Shown here piece after piece: positions 22,948-34,566 of a stretch of DNA of 64,000 bases (position 1 is the stretch's first letter; the number at the start of each line of letters is the position of its first letter). The translations under genes and the position numbers were made by a program. Origin of the DNA: Phaeosaccion multiseriatum (Eukaryota; Protista; Ochrophyta, other classes); assembly GCA_965112735.1 (NCBI GenBank), contig OZ218962.1:310001-374000 (forward strand), read 5' to 3'. The notes beneath the pieces are model-generated. The model saw only the letters and a program-made list of their open reading frames with translations, did not search any database and was not told the origin of the DNA.

Positions 22948-24445
22948 TCACAACACGCTTCTCACGAGCTGGGGTGGGAGGAGGGGGGGCGGCTTGAGGA
23001 CACCTATCTCCAGAGTACGGCAACCTTGGCATCGTCTTCTGAGGCACAAGACTTCGATTATGCCTTGCCCCTGAGTGCAGGGATGGGACAGGCAAAACCT
23101 ACCCCTCTCATGTTCGCGCATGTGGGGACATTTCCAAGAGGATGCCTCAACCCCGTCGAGGCTGATTTCAGTCTCGGCACATCGGTGTCCTGCAACACGA
23201 CCGAGCTCTTCGAGACCTTGCCCTACACGTTCCAGCTGGCTAATGAAGACAAGCGATTCTCCAGCTTCAAGGCCTTCCGTGGACATTTGACCAGCGAATT
23301 GCTCTTTCAGACGGAACAAAAGAAGAACGACATCACGATCAGAGCCTCCACGGCATTCAGACGTGGCAGAGGGTTGGATACAATCCGCGACGACGTCTCC
23401 CTGCGCCGCGTGGTACGTGTCGGGTACAACTGCCTCTCGATGTTTGTGCATTGTCTGCTACGGCAGCAACCCTTTCTTAAACCCGCCCCCCCCGCCCCTC
23501 TCTGTCTCTTTCTCCAACACACACCCAATACAGGTGCGCTCGTTCTACACTTTCCCTCCGGGCCGTATCGATCCCGACAAACGGTGGAGACTGGATCTGT
23601 ACTGCGAGCTACGCCCGAAATCAGGGGCGAGACAGCAGGAGAACGTGCAAATTTGCCTGTCTTTCCCTACCCAATCTCTGGACAGCGCCACAGATTTTTC
23701 GACCCATACCCCACCCAAGAAGGCAGGTCATCGAGGTGGTGCTGCCCGTGTCAGTGAGACCACCAGTGATAGTGAGGGAGAGAGTGCCGGCGGGACGAAA
23801 GGCGGGAAGGCGGGGCAAGAGGGGGCACTGACGAAGAAGGCGAAGAGCTGGCTCCACGCGCAAGGAACCAAGTTCTTTTATCTTTTGCGGGAAATGCCTG
23901 ATGTGGAGATGCAAACTCTCAGCGGAAGCAAGGTCGGTGATGCAGCAAGCTTCGTGAAGATCCATACGCCAGCTTTGATTCAGCTTGAGGCCAAAGCGAA
24001 CTTCTCCATCAGACACGCCAGAACATCATTGGATATGCTGGTATCTGTTGTGTGCACCAGGCCTGCTTGTCAGAGCGCCGGGAAGGGCAAGTACAAGCCT
24101 CAGTGGACTCATTTGTCTGGCGTTAAGCGCCACAGAGACTCCCACTCATCGAGCGGTCAGAAAAGCATGCAAGCTGCACTCTCTCACTTCCTACTGAAGA
24201 CGGCGTTGGGGAAGCAGGAGGAGGAGGAGCAGGAGGAGGAGGAGGAGGAGGAGGATGATGGTGGTGGTGATGATGATGATGAGGAGGAGGAGGAGGAGGA
24301 GGAGGAGGAGGAGCAGGAGGGGGAGGAGGAGGAGCAGGAGGAGGAGGAGGAGGAGGAGCAGGAGGGGGCAGCAGCCCTTCTTCCCACCAGAAGAAAAGCA
24401 GGGCCATGCCTGCGGCACAATCAGTGGCCGAAGCTGAGCAGCTGA
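22516..24445 (+). CDS. Transposon accessory protein, N-terminal part: RS-rich repeats, unknown domain, C2H2/BED-like finger, acidic tract
   Basis: ATG at 22516. A GT-AG intron at 23413-23533 joins the 22231-frame and 23363-frame ORFs in phase 0. CTRPAC...HLSGVKRHRDSH is a candidate finger, followed by poly-Glu. Confidence 0.55.
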
Positions 24446-25317
24446 CAGGGGACATGAAGGCGAGGCTGCTTGTCCTCGGCGCTGAGCAGGACATGCACAA
24501 GGAAAAGGGGGAGTACACCTCCTTCTTTTTGGACGCGATGATGACCACTGTATCCGTGAACGGAAACAGGGCACTACTCCCGTGCGCGTCTCTTGGTCAC
24601 ATTTTCAACCCAGCTGTGGAGAACTCCCCCATGCCCAACGTGTTGGCGACGGCTCCGAAAGGGTTCCTGCCGAAAGGTTACAGGGAGTCTGGTCTTACAA
24701 TGACGAAGTGTGAGCTCCTCGTCCTCCCTGCGAGTTTCAGCGGCCATTTCTCGACTGTCGCTGTCCTTCTACCTACCTCTGCAGCTAGTGACGACGGGGA
24801 GGGTGCTATGGCGTACATTCTGCACTTTGATACGGTCCGAAATGGGCGCCTCGGTCACCACCCTTCGAAGCGAGTGCTCCAAGCGACGCAGGTGTATGTG
24901 GAGAAGGTCATGGAGGACGAAAGAGCCCCTGGGACGGCAGCCCTCCGATTCCGGCAGGTCTTTGTTGGTGTGCCACAGCAGAAGGCCGGCTCGAATTCTT
25001 GCGGTCCGGCAACAGCTCTATTCATGTCGAAATTGGCTGTGGCAGACACCAGCCCCGTGCGCAAAGTGCTCTATGGTGTTGAGCAAGACAACAGCTGGGA
25101 AAGGGACGACGGTGTAGCGATTTTGTCTAGTGCGGCGGGGGCAAAGAAGGAGACCGTGGACCGCTTCTTGGCCGCGTGTGGGCTGCCGTGTCTGACCTGC
25201 GAAGAGTATGAGGCAGAGAGAACTCGCCTCTTTCGGGCGTACCTGAGCTCCGGGATGCGCAACGGTTCCTTGCCCGACGTTTACAACTCGGCCTTGCATA
25301 AGTGCGTCCTGGGTTAG
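24406..25317 (+). CDS. Ulp1/SENP-like (peptidase C48) cysteine protease carried by the transposon
   Basis: Catalytic residues in C48 order: LVLPASFSGHFSTVAV (His), YILHFDT (Asp), VPQQKAGSNSCG (oxyanion Gln and Cys). Confidence 0.8.
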   Translation: MPAAQSVAEAEQLTGDMKARLLVLGAEQDMHKEKGEYTSFFLDAMMTTVSVNGNRALLPCASLGHIFNPAVENSPMPNVLATAPKGFLPKGYRESGLTMTKCELLVLPASFSGHFSTVAVLLPTSAASDDGEGAMAYILHFDTVRNGRLGHHPSKRVLQATQVYVEKVMEDERAPGTAALRFRQVFVGVPQQKAGSNSCGPATALFMSKLAVADTSPVRKVLYGVEQDNSWERDDGVAILSSAAGAKKETVDRFLAACGLPCLTCEEYEAERTRLFRAYLSSGMRNGSLPDVYNSALHKCVLG

Positions 25318-25485
25318 TGAAGGAGAGATGGCTGCCTCGCGAGAGAGGGAGATGGGGGGAGAGGGGAACGCCAAGGTTCGCCCAGTCACCATTGTATTGG
25401 TAATATAAGACTGAAGGCTCGCATACTCTCTGCGCTCGACGTATGCTGATTAGGCAGGCAGCTAGGAGTGGAAAGGCTGTCGCAG

Positions 25486-25615
25486 GGCGTCTGCTATCGC
25501 CGGCGCGACGGGGCGTGCTATCTGCTATTCGCCGGCGCCAGCCGGCGTGCTATCTGCTATTCGCCGAGTGCAAATAGCATGCTATTGGGCGCCGGGGCGC
25601 CCAATAGCATGCTAT
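25486..25615 (+). repeat. Right subterminal repeats plus a perfect 20-bp hairpin
   Basis: gctat(t)cgccggcg units occur in the same orientation as the left array. atagcatgctattgggcgcc-gg-ggcgcccaatagcatgctat spans 25574-25615. Confidence 0.9.
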
Positions 25616-25765
25616 CGCAGATAGCATAATAGCACGTCAGGGGTCGAATACACAGTGGCGCTCAAGAGTTAAGCAAAGTATAGACCTGTAGTCGATGATG
25701 TTAATGACAGTACCGCCGACGAGTACATTGTAGCCGTAGCCGCTCCATCGTCGGCCGTACTGTGG

Positions 25766-25926
25766 AGGTTCCAGGGCTCCGCCGTCGTGGCCCTGCAGGA
25801 GGCGGCCGAGGCCTACCTCGCGGGACTTTTCGAGAACACCAACCTGTGCGCCATCCACGCCAAGCGCGCTACCATCATGCCCAAGGGCATTCAGCTGGCC
25901 CGCCGCATCCGAGGAGAGAGGAGCTG
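25766..25926 (+). pseudogene. 5'-truncated, degenerate histone H3 fragment
   Basis: [53 protein letters not shown] is the H3 C-terminal half. It has changes at normally invariant sites (LVG>LAG, EDTN>ENTN, RVTI>RATI, PKDI>PKGI) and no N-terminal half upstream. Confidence 0.88.
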
Positions 25927-26496
25927 AATGCCTTCTTCCTTTGACGTCTTGTGTGATGAGCATCGAGTAGGCTCCTGAGACGAGAGAGATGTCAACTCAT
26001 TTTTGTCTACCGACTGCCACCGCACGCACGACAGAGCAAACAAACCCCTTGACCCCATTGAGACACTTTCACTTTTATTTGGAAGGGAGGAAGGAAGAGT
26101 CATTGGACGGAGGGGTGTGGAGCGGAGACTTGTATATATATACAGAGAAGAGCGCCTTCAAGCTACAGCGCTGCCGCATGCTCCTCCTCTCGGGCAGCAG
26201 AGAGAAGAAGCTCTGATGCAGCTCTCCCTTCTCCTCATGCTACCGCTACTGCTCCTCAGCTCCTCTTCCTCCTCCCACTGCTGTTGCTGCCGGAATGGGT
26301 GGCAGCAACGGGTCGGAGGCGACCGACACGGGAGACTCCACCCCTCGCAACAAAAAGCAATCCGGTCGTTTTACGCCCATTCTCCAGCGCGCTACATATA
26401 TATATACAGTGCTTCTAGTGCTTCTCTCGTTTCACGGGTGGTGTTGAGAAAACACCAGTTGTTTTTTGCTCCGTGCCGCAGCCGTTGAGTGCGTCT

Positions 26497-27530
26497 CTAT
26501 TTCTTGGCAGCTTTGGTCGTCTTGTTGATGAGACTCTTGTGGATATGAGGGATGACTCCTCCACCCGCAATGGTCGCCTTGATGAGCGTGTCCAGCTCCT
26601 CGTCTCCCCTAATGGCGAGCTGCAAATGGCGGGGCGTGATACGCTTCACCTTGAGATCCTTGCACGCGTTTCCGGCCAGCTCCAGCACCTCGGCAGTCAG
26701 GTACTCGAGAATGGCGGCGGTGTACACGGCAGAGGTCGCTGTCAGGAAGAGACGAGGGGAGGGAGACAAGTGAGGGGACGGGGTCAGCCCAGAGAAAGAG
26801 ACAGCCAAGAGAGAGCATCAGCAGCAACAGGAATAGCTTCTCCCTTCTCTCCGGAGCGTGGCATCGCCCCCCCCACCCCCCTAGGCCTCTCACCTCCGAC
26901 TCGCTGGTGGGAATGAACGCGCGACTTGAGGAATCGGTGAATACGTCCCACGGGGAATTGCAGTCCGGCCCTGGAGGACCTCGACTGCGGGTTCTTCTTG
27001 GAGGTGGGTCCCTTTCCTCCCTTTCCTCCCTTGCCTCCTTTTCCTCCCTTGCCTCCGGACTGTGGGAATGACGAACGAGAGGAGGTCAGCGGAGGGAGCA
27101 TGATTAGGAAGCTTGCATCGCTCCAAGGTGAGCGAGGACGTGCGGGGCGTAGGGCACAGAGGCTGCAGCGTTCCTAACCCTAACGGCCACAAATCATCAA
27201 CCCCCGTAAGTTCTTCGAGCGGCGTTGCTGCGGGGGGGGGGGGCACAATCTCAAAACTGAACGCCTCCGCAAGCGCAGCCCCTCCTACACACAAGACACT
27301 CATCCGTAAAGGCAAGTCTAGCTGCGTGTGCAGGCATCCCCCAAAGGGCGCAAGCACAGCACAGTCCTTCCCACGCAGAGATGAAGGTGCGCGGCGCGCA
27401 GGGCAAGAGGCAGCGTTCCTCCCCCGCCCCCAAACGGCAAATCTCAAATCCCCCCTTCCCGTGACAGCAACGCTGCTCCACGATGGCACATAAGCGCACA
27501 CAGCGCAGCCCCCCAGCAGCGTCTTACCAT
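26497..27530 (-). CDS. H2A.Z: Histone H2A.Z; 3 coding exons
   Basis: ATG-only exon 27530-27528, exon 27059-26894 ([20 protein letters not shown]) and exon 26738-26497 ([68 protein letters not shown]). These are H2A.Z-diagnostic residues. Confidence 0.97.
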
Positions 27531-27769
27531 AGTTAGATTGGAAGATGGAAGTGTTCCTCTCTCTCTCTTATATGAAGATGAAGAGAAGTCTTTTTTTCAA
27601 TCTCTTTGCTCCTCCCGTGGGAGAGAAAGAGGAGTCCGGGTGACTTCCCCAGGGGGGGAGGCGCTGATTTGCCCAAAATTGTCTTGGTTTTTGTATGGAC
27701 CGTCACAGGGAAATCGTTGACATAATTCAACCTCCCCTTTTCTCCTTTTCAACACCCATCCAACATCCC

Positions 27770-27852
<83 letters not shown>

Positions 27853-28496
27853 AACCTCCGAAGAGAGAGAAACATGACCGGCCTAGGGGCCTACTAATAG
27901 TAGGCCAAATGTCAAATGTCCGGCTGGGGCCGATGGTGATGGTGAGCGCCGGCACGAACCTCCATGGGCACTGGCACGTCGTCGCCACTGCGTCAAAACA
28001 ATGCAGCACTGTGTTTCTTGCACGTAATACCACGCTTTCAAGAGACATACCCAATAAAAAAAAAAATCTCCGTCTCTCTTCGCCCTCCTCGCTCGTCCAC
28101 CAAAAACCAATGCCACAGTATACGCCACAACAACAACACACTCACTCGCCACTCACGCCCTGAGCTACTTCAAGGATTTGCCCCAATTTTTATGGGAGAA
28201 AAAGTCCTTGGAAATTGCATCACATTACGATAGACCAAGCAAGATACGAAGGGAATGAATGTGCTCAAAAGTGGAGGTCACAGGGGAAAAAGGGGGGAGG
28301 GAGGCGATTTCGATTTTGGGCTTCCAGTGCGAACCAAAGGGAACACCATGAGGGGACCATCTCAACCGCCAGGATGCAGCGCTAACTGGAGAGAGAAAAC
28401 GCACTCAGCACTCAAGTCGTAGGCTAGTTAGACCCATTGTGTGCTGCTACTACTGCTACCGCTATATCACCAACTGCTGCTACTGCTACCGCTGTA

Positions 28497-30277
28497 TCAC
28501 CGACTGCTCCTCTTGCCGCTTGTGTATGTGGCAGCGGCCTCAGTGGCGGCTGCTCTTGGTGGACCTCCTGCCGCGGCTCTTGGCGGGAGGAGAGGCCGCT
28601 TGGCTCGGAAGCGCTCCCCTTCCTCCACGCCTCGCAGCAGCACCAAGGGCCCCGAGGGGGTGCCCGTCTCCGTCCCCGAGGGGGTGCGTTTCCCGCGGCC
28701 CCCGGGGGACATGGCGGAGAGGTCTTGCTTGGCGAAGACTTGACTCGTCAGCACCCTGCAGGGGCAGCAGCAGACACACAGCGGCAGTGTGAGTGCCAGT
28801 GTGGGGAGAGTTTGAGTGTAAAAGTGATGTCTCGGTGTTGTCGTGTCAGTGCGAGTGTGGGTTTCATTGTCAGGGTGAATGTCAGGAAGTGAGTTTGGCG
28901 CGGCGGTGCCCGTGCATTGTTTGTGGTTGGGGGGGGGCACAAGAAGAGACGGAGGCATATGAGAAGGGGTCGAGCCAGAGAGCGGGGAAGCGGAGGACGG
29001 GACGGGGAAGAGGTCGCTGCGGAGAAGGCAGGGAAGGCAGTCCATGGCAGAGCGAGGACGATCGAAACCGAAACTGCACCGCACCGCACCTCCTCTGCTC
29101 GCCCCCTGTTCCAAGGAAGCGGTCGAAGAAGGCGAGCAGGTCCGCCTTGCCCATCGCTGACAGGATCTTCGCCTCCTCCAGCTGCCTGAGGGGCGGCAAG
29201 AAAAGGCACAACACCCACACACGCACGCACGCACGCACGCACGCACATGTGTAACGAAGACGTGAGGAGTTCCTTGCTACATACGCTCAAGCTCACTACC
29301 CCACATACTACTTTTTTGTCCCCCGCTCATGCCCACTCATCCCCCTCTCGTGCCCCACATTCTACTTGACTTGACATACCCTTCAACAGAAGGACGAGCC
29401 CCCCACCCCGCGATTGAGAGAGTCCACTCATGCCCACTCATGCCCACTCACATCCCGCCCCTCCTCGTGCCCGCACGGATTGAAGCTCTGAAGCTCATCA
29501 TGCCATTCACTCACCGATTGAAGTTCATCTCCCCATCGGCGATCTCTTGCCAGTCCCTGCCCGCGGCCACGCCAAGCCTCTGCGGCGGCTCGAGCTTGCT
29601 CTCAACCAAGCCACTCACAAAGTCGCTGATCTGGGAGGCGCTCATGGCCTCAAGCTGCTCCCGCCACCCCTCCAGAAACGCCAAAATGCTGCACGTGCGT
29701 GCGTGAACGAGGGTGAGAGGGAGGTAAGGAGGGATGAACAAGGGGCAAAACGGAACGAGTCTCCCTTCCCTCTCCCCATCTCTCCCGCCCGCCCTCCCTC
29801 CCTCCCTCCCTCCCTCACCACTCACTAAAGCCACTCAATCACTCACTCAACTCACTTGACCCACTCACTGACTGACTGACTCACTGACCCACTCACGTAC
29901 TAACTCACTCAATCACTCACACACACACACTCACACAATCCCTCACTCCCTCCCTGACTGACTGACTGACTGACTGACTGATTGACTGACTGACTGACTG
30001 ACTGACTGATTGACTGACTGACTGACTGACTGACTGACTGGCTGACGCACCGATCTGTGAGGTAGACAGGGTCCTTGACATTGCTCTGGATCAAGTAGAA
30101 GAGGTAGCTAATGCCCTGCGAGTGCCAAGGAGTGAGGTGGAGCGGGAGAGCGAGGTGAGGGCGAGGTGTGTATTCGATTGATGGATGCACTGCTGAGGTC
30201 TGGGGAAGGACGTCTCTCAGCCACTAACCTCTACCCTCTTGATGCCTGTGTTCAGTTTGAGGTTGAGTGATCGAGAG

Positions 30278-30323
<46 letters not shown>

Positions 30324-31784
30324 GGTGAGCGAGAGCGAGCGAGAGAACAAAGAGAGTTGGATAGGGAGAGATGAACAAGATGGAGGAAGACAGAAAGACA
30401 GAAGCAACACGAGATAGGGAGGGACAGAGGCACAGAGAGAACACAGAAAAGGAAGGGGTCTACTCGCCCCCCCCTCCTCCACCCCTATCCTATCTGCCCC
30501 TACGCCTGCCTGCTGCCTCACCCGAGAAGACGAGATACCCAAGCTGCTGCTTCGTCCTTAGTGAGTCATAGAAGGCATCTTCGATGATCGTCGCGAACTG
30601 AGGCAGAGTGAGGAGTGAGGCAGAGCGTAAGAGCAGGCATGAGAATGAAGCCACGACTCTCTTCAGCGGTAGAGAAAGAGGAGAGGCAGGGGAAGGAGAG
30701 AGAAAGGTGTACATAGGTAGACAAGAGGGGGGGAAGAGGGGCACACAAAAGGGAGAGGCAGAAAGAGAGAGGGGGGACTGCAGGGCCCTGCTTCCCTCTC
30801 AAGCGAAGAGTCAAGAGCCTTCCTCCCGTCACTCACTCAGTCAGTCAGTCAGTCAGTCAGTCAGTCAGTCACTCAGTCACTCCCTCTCTTTGTATCACCA
30901 CCTGACAAACTGAATCACTGGCTTACTCACTCACCAGTTCGCTGAGCACCCTGGCGGGCCCCCCTCTGTCCTGTATCTGGAACTGCACCAGCGCAGCGCT
31001 GTAGTTACAAGGGAGAGGGAGGGTAAAGGATAACGCACCGCAAAGCACCGCAGAAGCGTCAAGCACCGCAGAAGCGTCAAGCACCGCAGAAGCGTCAAGC
31101 ACCGAAGAAGCGTCAAGCACCGAAGAAGCGTCAAGCACCGCAGAAGCGTCAAGCACCGCAGAAGCGTCAAGCACCGCAGAAGCGTCAAGCACCGCAGAAG
31201 CGTCAAGCACCACAGAAGCGTCAAGCACCGCAGAAGCGTCAAGCACCGCAGAAGCGTCAAGCACCGCAGAAGCGTCAAGCACCACAGAAGCGTCAAGCAC
31301 CGAAGAAGCGTCAAGCACCACAGAAGCGTCAAGCACCGCGTCAACAAACGTAGTAGGATCAAGTACCGTACCACAGTAGTGGATCAAGCACCAAGGGTCA
31401 GGGGGCTCAATCACAGAGGGGTTAAGTAAAGCACGGACACGGCAGTGGATGGCAGTGGATGGCAGTGGAGGGACAATGTATGAGTGTGAATGCGCTGCTG
31501 CAATGCCACCGCCATCCCCTGCCATCCCCTGCCATCCCCTGCCATCCCCTGCCATCCCCTGCCATCCCCTTCCCTCACCTGTTCTCATTCTCCGCGTTGG
31601 GCTCCTCCCTCTGCATCACCACTCCAGCCCCCCCCGGGGTGAGAGGCATGTCGGTGACGCGGCGGAAGGGCACGTCCTCGGCGGGCAGGGGAGAGAATTT
31701 GAAGGCCTCCTCCACAGGCCTGAGCGTCAGAGAGACAGACATAGAGACACAGGTAGAGAAGATGAGAGAGAGAGAGAGAGAGAG

Positions 31785-31825
<41 letters not shown>

Positions 31826-32536
31826 TGACAGAGGGAGAGAGATGGAGAGGATGATGTATACAGAAATGTCGACCCGAGATATCGACCCCAGATATCGACG
31901 CAAACATCGACGTCAAAACATCGACACACCTCCTCCCCCTACCGATGGCAACATATGGCAATATCGGCACCTCCCCCCACTACCGACCTTGTGTACGCGT
32001 CGGCCTCTCCCGCGCGTACGTTCCCTTCCAGCAGACTCAGACCCGCCGCTCGAGAGAAGCACTTGGAGAGGAAGGGGGCGAAGTCCGAGAGCTTGATGGA
32101 GGGGAGAGCCGCCCTGGGGTATGGGGGGTGGGTAGGGAAGGGTAGGGTAGGGTAGGGGTAGGTAGAGGGTAGGGGGGTATGGGGGGTGGGTAGGGAAGGG
32201 TAGGGTAGGGTAGGGGTAGGTAGAGGGTAGGGGGGTATGGGGGGTGGGTAGGGAAGGGTAGGGTAGGGTAGGCGTAGGTAGAGGGTAGGGGGGTATGGGG
32301 GGTGGGTAGGGAAGGGTAGGGTAGGGTAGGGGTAGGTAGAGGGCAGGGGGGAAGGGGGGTGGGCAAGCAGGGGCTAAGGGGTGTGGTGTGTGGTATTCGG
32401 TACGTGCTGACTGTGCCTCAGTGGCTGAGGGACAGGGCTCCATGCACATCGCGCCTCTCTCGCACACTGACTGAACAAGAGGCGCGAGGAGAGGAGAGCA
32501 GGGCAAGCAAGACAAGAGACAAGTCCGCACAGCAGC

Positions 32537-32568
<32 letters not shown>

Positions 32569-34523
32569 CACGGTAGGCGCTTGTGCCGAGCGGCAGTACT
32601 CAATCCCTCTCTTCTCTCTTGCTTGGCACCAAATGAGGAGGTCTAACAACCTGAAACTCCAATCCACCTCAACTTTGCTTCACCTGATGTCCTCGACGCT
32701 GTATCTTGGGGTCTCTGTGAGGGCTGCGGCGTTGAAGACGGCGTGGAAGTAGGGCTGCTGCTTGTCGAACGATGCAAGCTCACGAGCCACGATGTCCTGC
32801 ACGGTACGCACGCACGCACCCGCACGGCACGGGAGGAAAGCGTACGCATGAGACAAATGCACGCACGCACGCACGTACGCACTCACGCTCTCACGCTCTC
32901 ACAGAAAGCAGAGAAGGAAGCGGACTGACTGGAGGAGAGAGCGGCACTTCCGAGTCCCTCACGCCATTGAGGGCCATCTCATCCCTCCCTCCTCACCCTC
33001 CCCATCCCCTCCCCATCCCCTCCCGTCCTCACCATGAATCTATTGAAGGTGGCCTGATCGCTGGGCACATGTGTGGCGATGGTGCTGACCACGGTGCTGA
33101 TGTACTGTTGCATCTTGTCAGAGAAGCCGCCGAACGCAAGCCGCAGCCCTCGCGTTGTGAAGTCCTGACACCAAATAACAAGGAGGAGGAGGAGGAGGAG
33201 GAGGAGGAGGAGGAGGAGGAGGAGGAGGGCAAGGAGGAGTCGGGCATTGGGGTACGGGTATATGGGTGTAGACATGTGGGAATATAGCGACGGCGAGAGG
33301 CAGGCAGGCAGACGAGACAAAGAGGGATGGAGAGAAGGTCCAGTCCAAGAGGAACAACACGGGGGAGTTGTGATCAGTTGGGCGCTGTCAGTTGAGAGTG
33401 TTTTCCGTCGTGACTGACTGCGGGTTGTGTGTGTGCGGATGCGAACGGCAGTTGTCGGTTTCAGTGCTGTTCTATTTGTGCATGCCTGCCTGCCTGCCTG
33501 CCTGCCCGCCCGCCTACCGCTGATTGTTGACTTACTAGGTTGTAGCTGAGGCCGGCCACCTGCGCGTCGTAGGCGTACTCGTTGAGGGCGTCATCCACAG
33601 ACATCTGAAACAGCTTCAGGAGGGCCACTGCCCGGGGGGATGAGTACACCTAAGGGGATGGCAGTGGATGTACGGGATGGCAGCAGAAGGGGGGTGGATG
33701 GGGGGAGCGGAGAAGGTCACGCTGAGTCAAGTAGGGATCTGCAGGAGCATCCCTCCTTCTCGGGGGGTATTATGTGACTACAGGAGTGGGGAGGGGGGGA
33801 GGAAGCGAGAGCATCCCTCCTTCTCGGGGGGTATTATGTGACTACAGGAGTGGGGAGGGGGGGAGGAAGCGAGAGGGAGAGGGAGAGCGCGCCACGACCT
33901 TCACAATAAGAGTTTCGGCTCTTTCGAGGACGCACACCCAATACCCGATACCCAATACCCAAACCTCAACACCCAACGCCCTGCACCTGACCTCCCTTCC
34001 CTCTCTCCCTCCCTCCCGCCTTCCCTCCTTCCTTCCCCCCCTCCGTCCCTCCCTCTCTCCCTCCCTCCCTCCCTCCCTCCCTCCCTCCCTACCTCGGGGG
34101 TGAGCAGTTCGAAGAACGCGTACACCTTAGGCTGCGCAAAGAGCACGTCTTGCTTCACAAACACATGCCACTTTGGGCTGCGTGGCACCTCCGTGGGGGG
34201 CTTGTTTGGGTCCCCCTTCTTGGGCATCCGAGCCACCTCGGGGGAGCCCTCTTTGAGAGAGAGGTCCCTCGGAATGAAGGGATTGGGGGAGGGCAAGTGA
34301 AGCTCCGGCAACAAAGGGGCCGCCTCCCACTGGGGAAGGTTGGAACTGAGGTCCTCAACAGAGTATCTGAGGGGGTGGTAGGGGGTAAGGGGGGGTAAGG
34401 GGGGGTGGGTGTTGGTGGGTGGGTGTTGGTGGGTGGGTGTGCGTGTGGGTGTGGGTGTGGGTGGGGTGGGTGGGTGCGTGGGTAGTTGTGTGTGTGTGTA
34501 TGTGTGTGTGTGTGTGTGTGTGG

Positions 34524-34566
<43 letters not shown>

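Larger units (their letters stand above)
17255..25647. mobile_element. 8393-bp TIR DNA transposon (P-element-like), apparently complete
   Basis: Left TIR TCGACCCCTGACGTGCTATTATGCTATCTGC (17255-17285) is the exact reverse complement of 25617-25647. ATACACA flanks both sides (17248-17254 and 25648-25654). A DDE transposase-like gene lies inside. Confidence 0.93.

Noticed and set aside
25766-27530. Histone genes as cargo of the transposon or of an endogenous virus
   Set aside because: Both lie outside the right TIR/TSD. H2A.Z has a normal intron structure, and no capsid, packaging ATPase or polymerase genes are visible.
31042-31338. CRISPR-like array, or LDASAV / LTLLRC repeat proteins (ORFs 30923-31588, 30931-31374)
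   Set aside because: Head-to-tail 18-bp units with no unique spacers, no cas genes, and located in an intron of a eukaryotic gene. The ORFs are by-products of the repeat.
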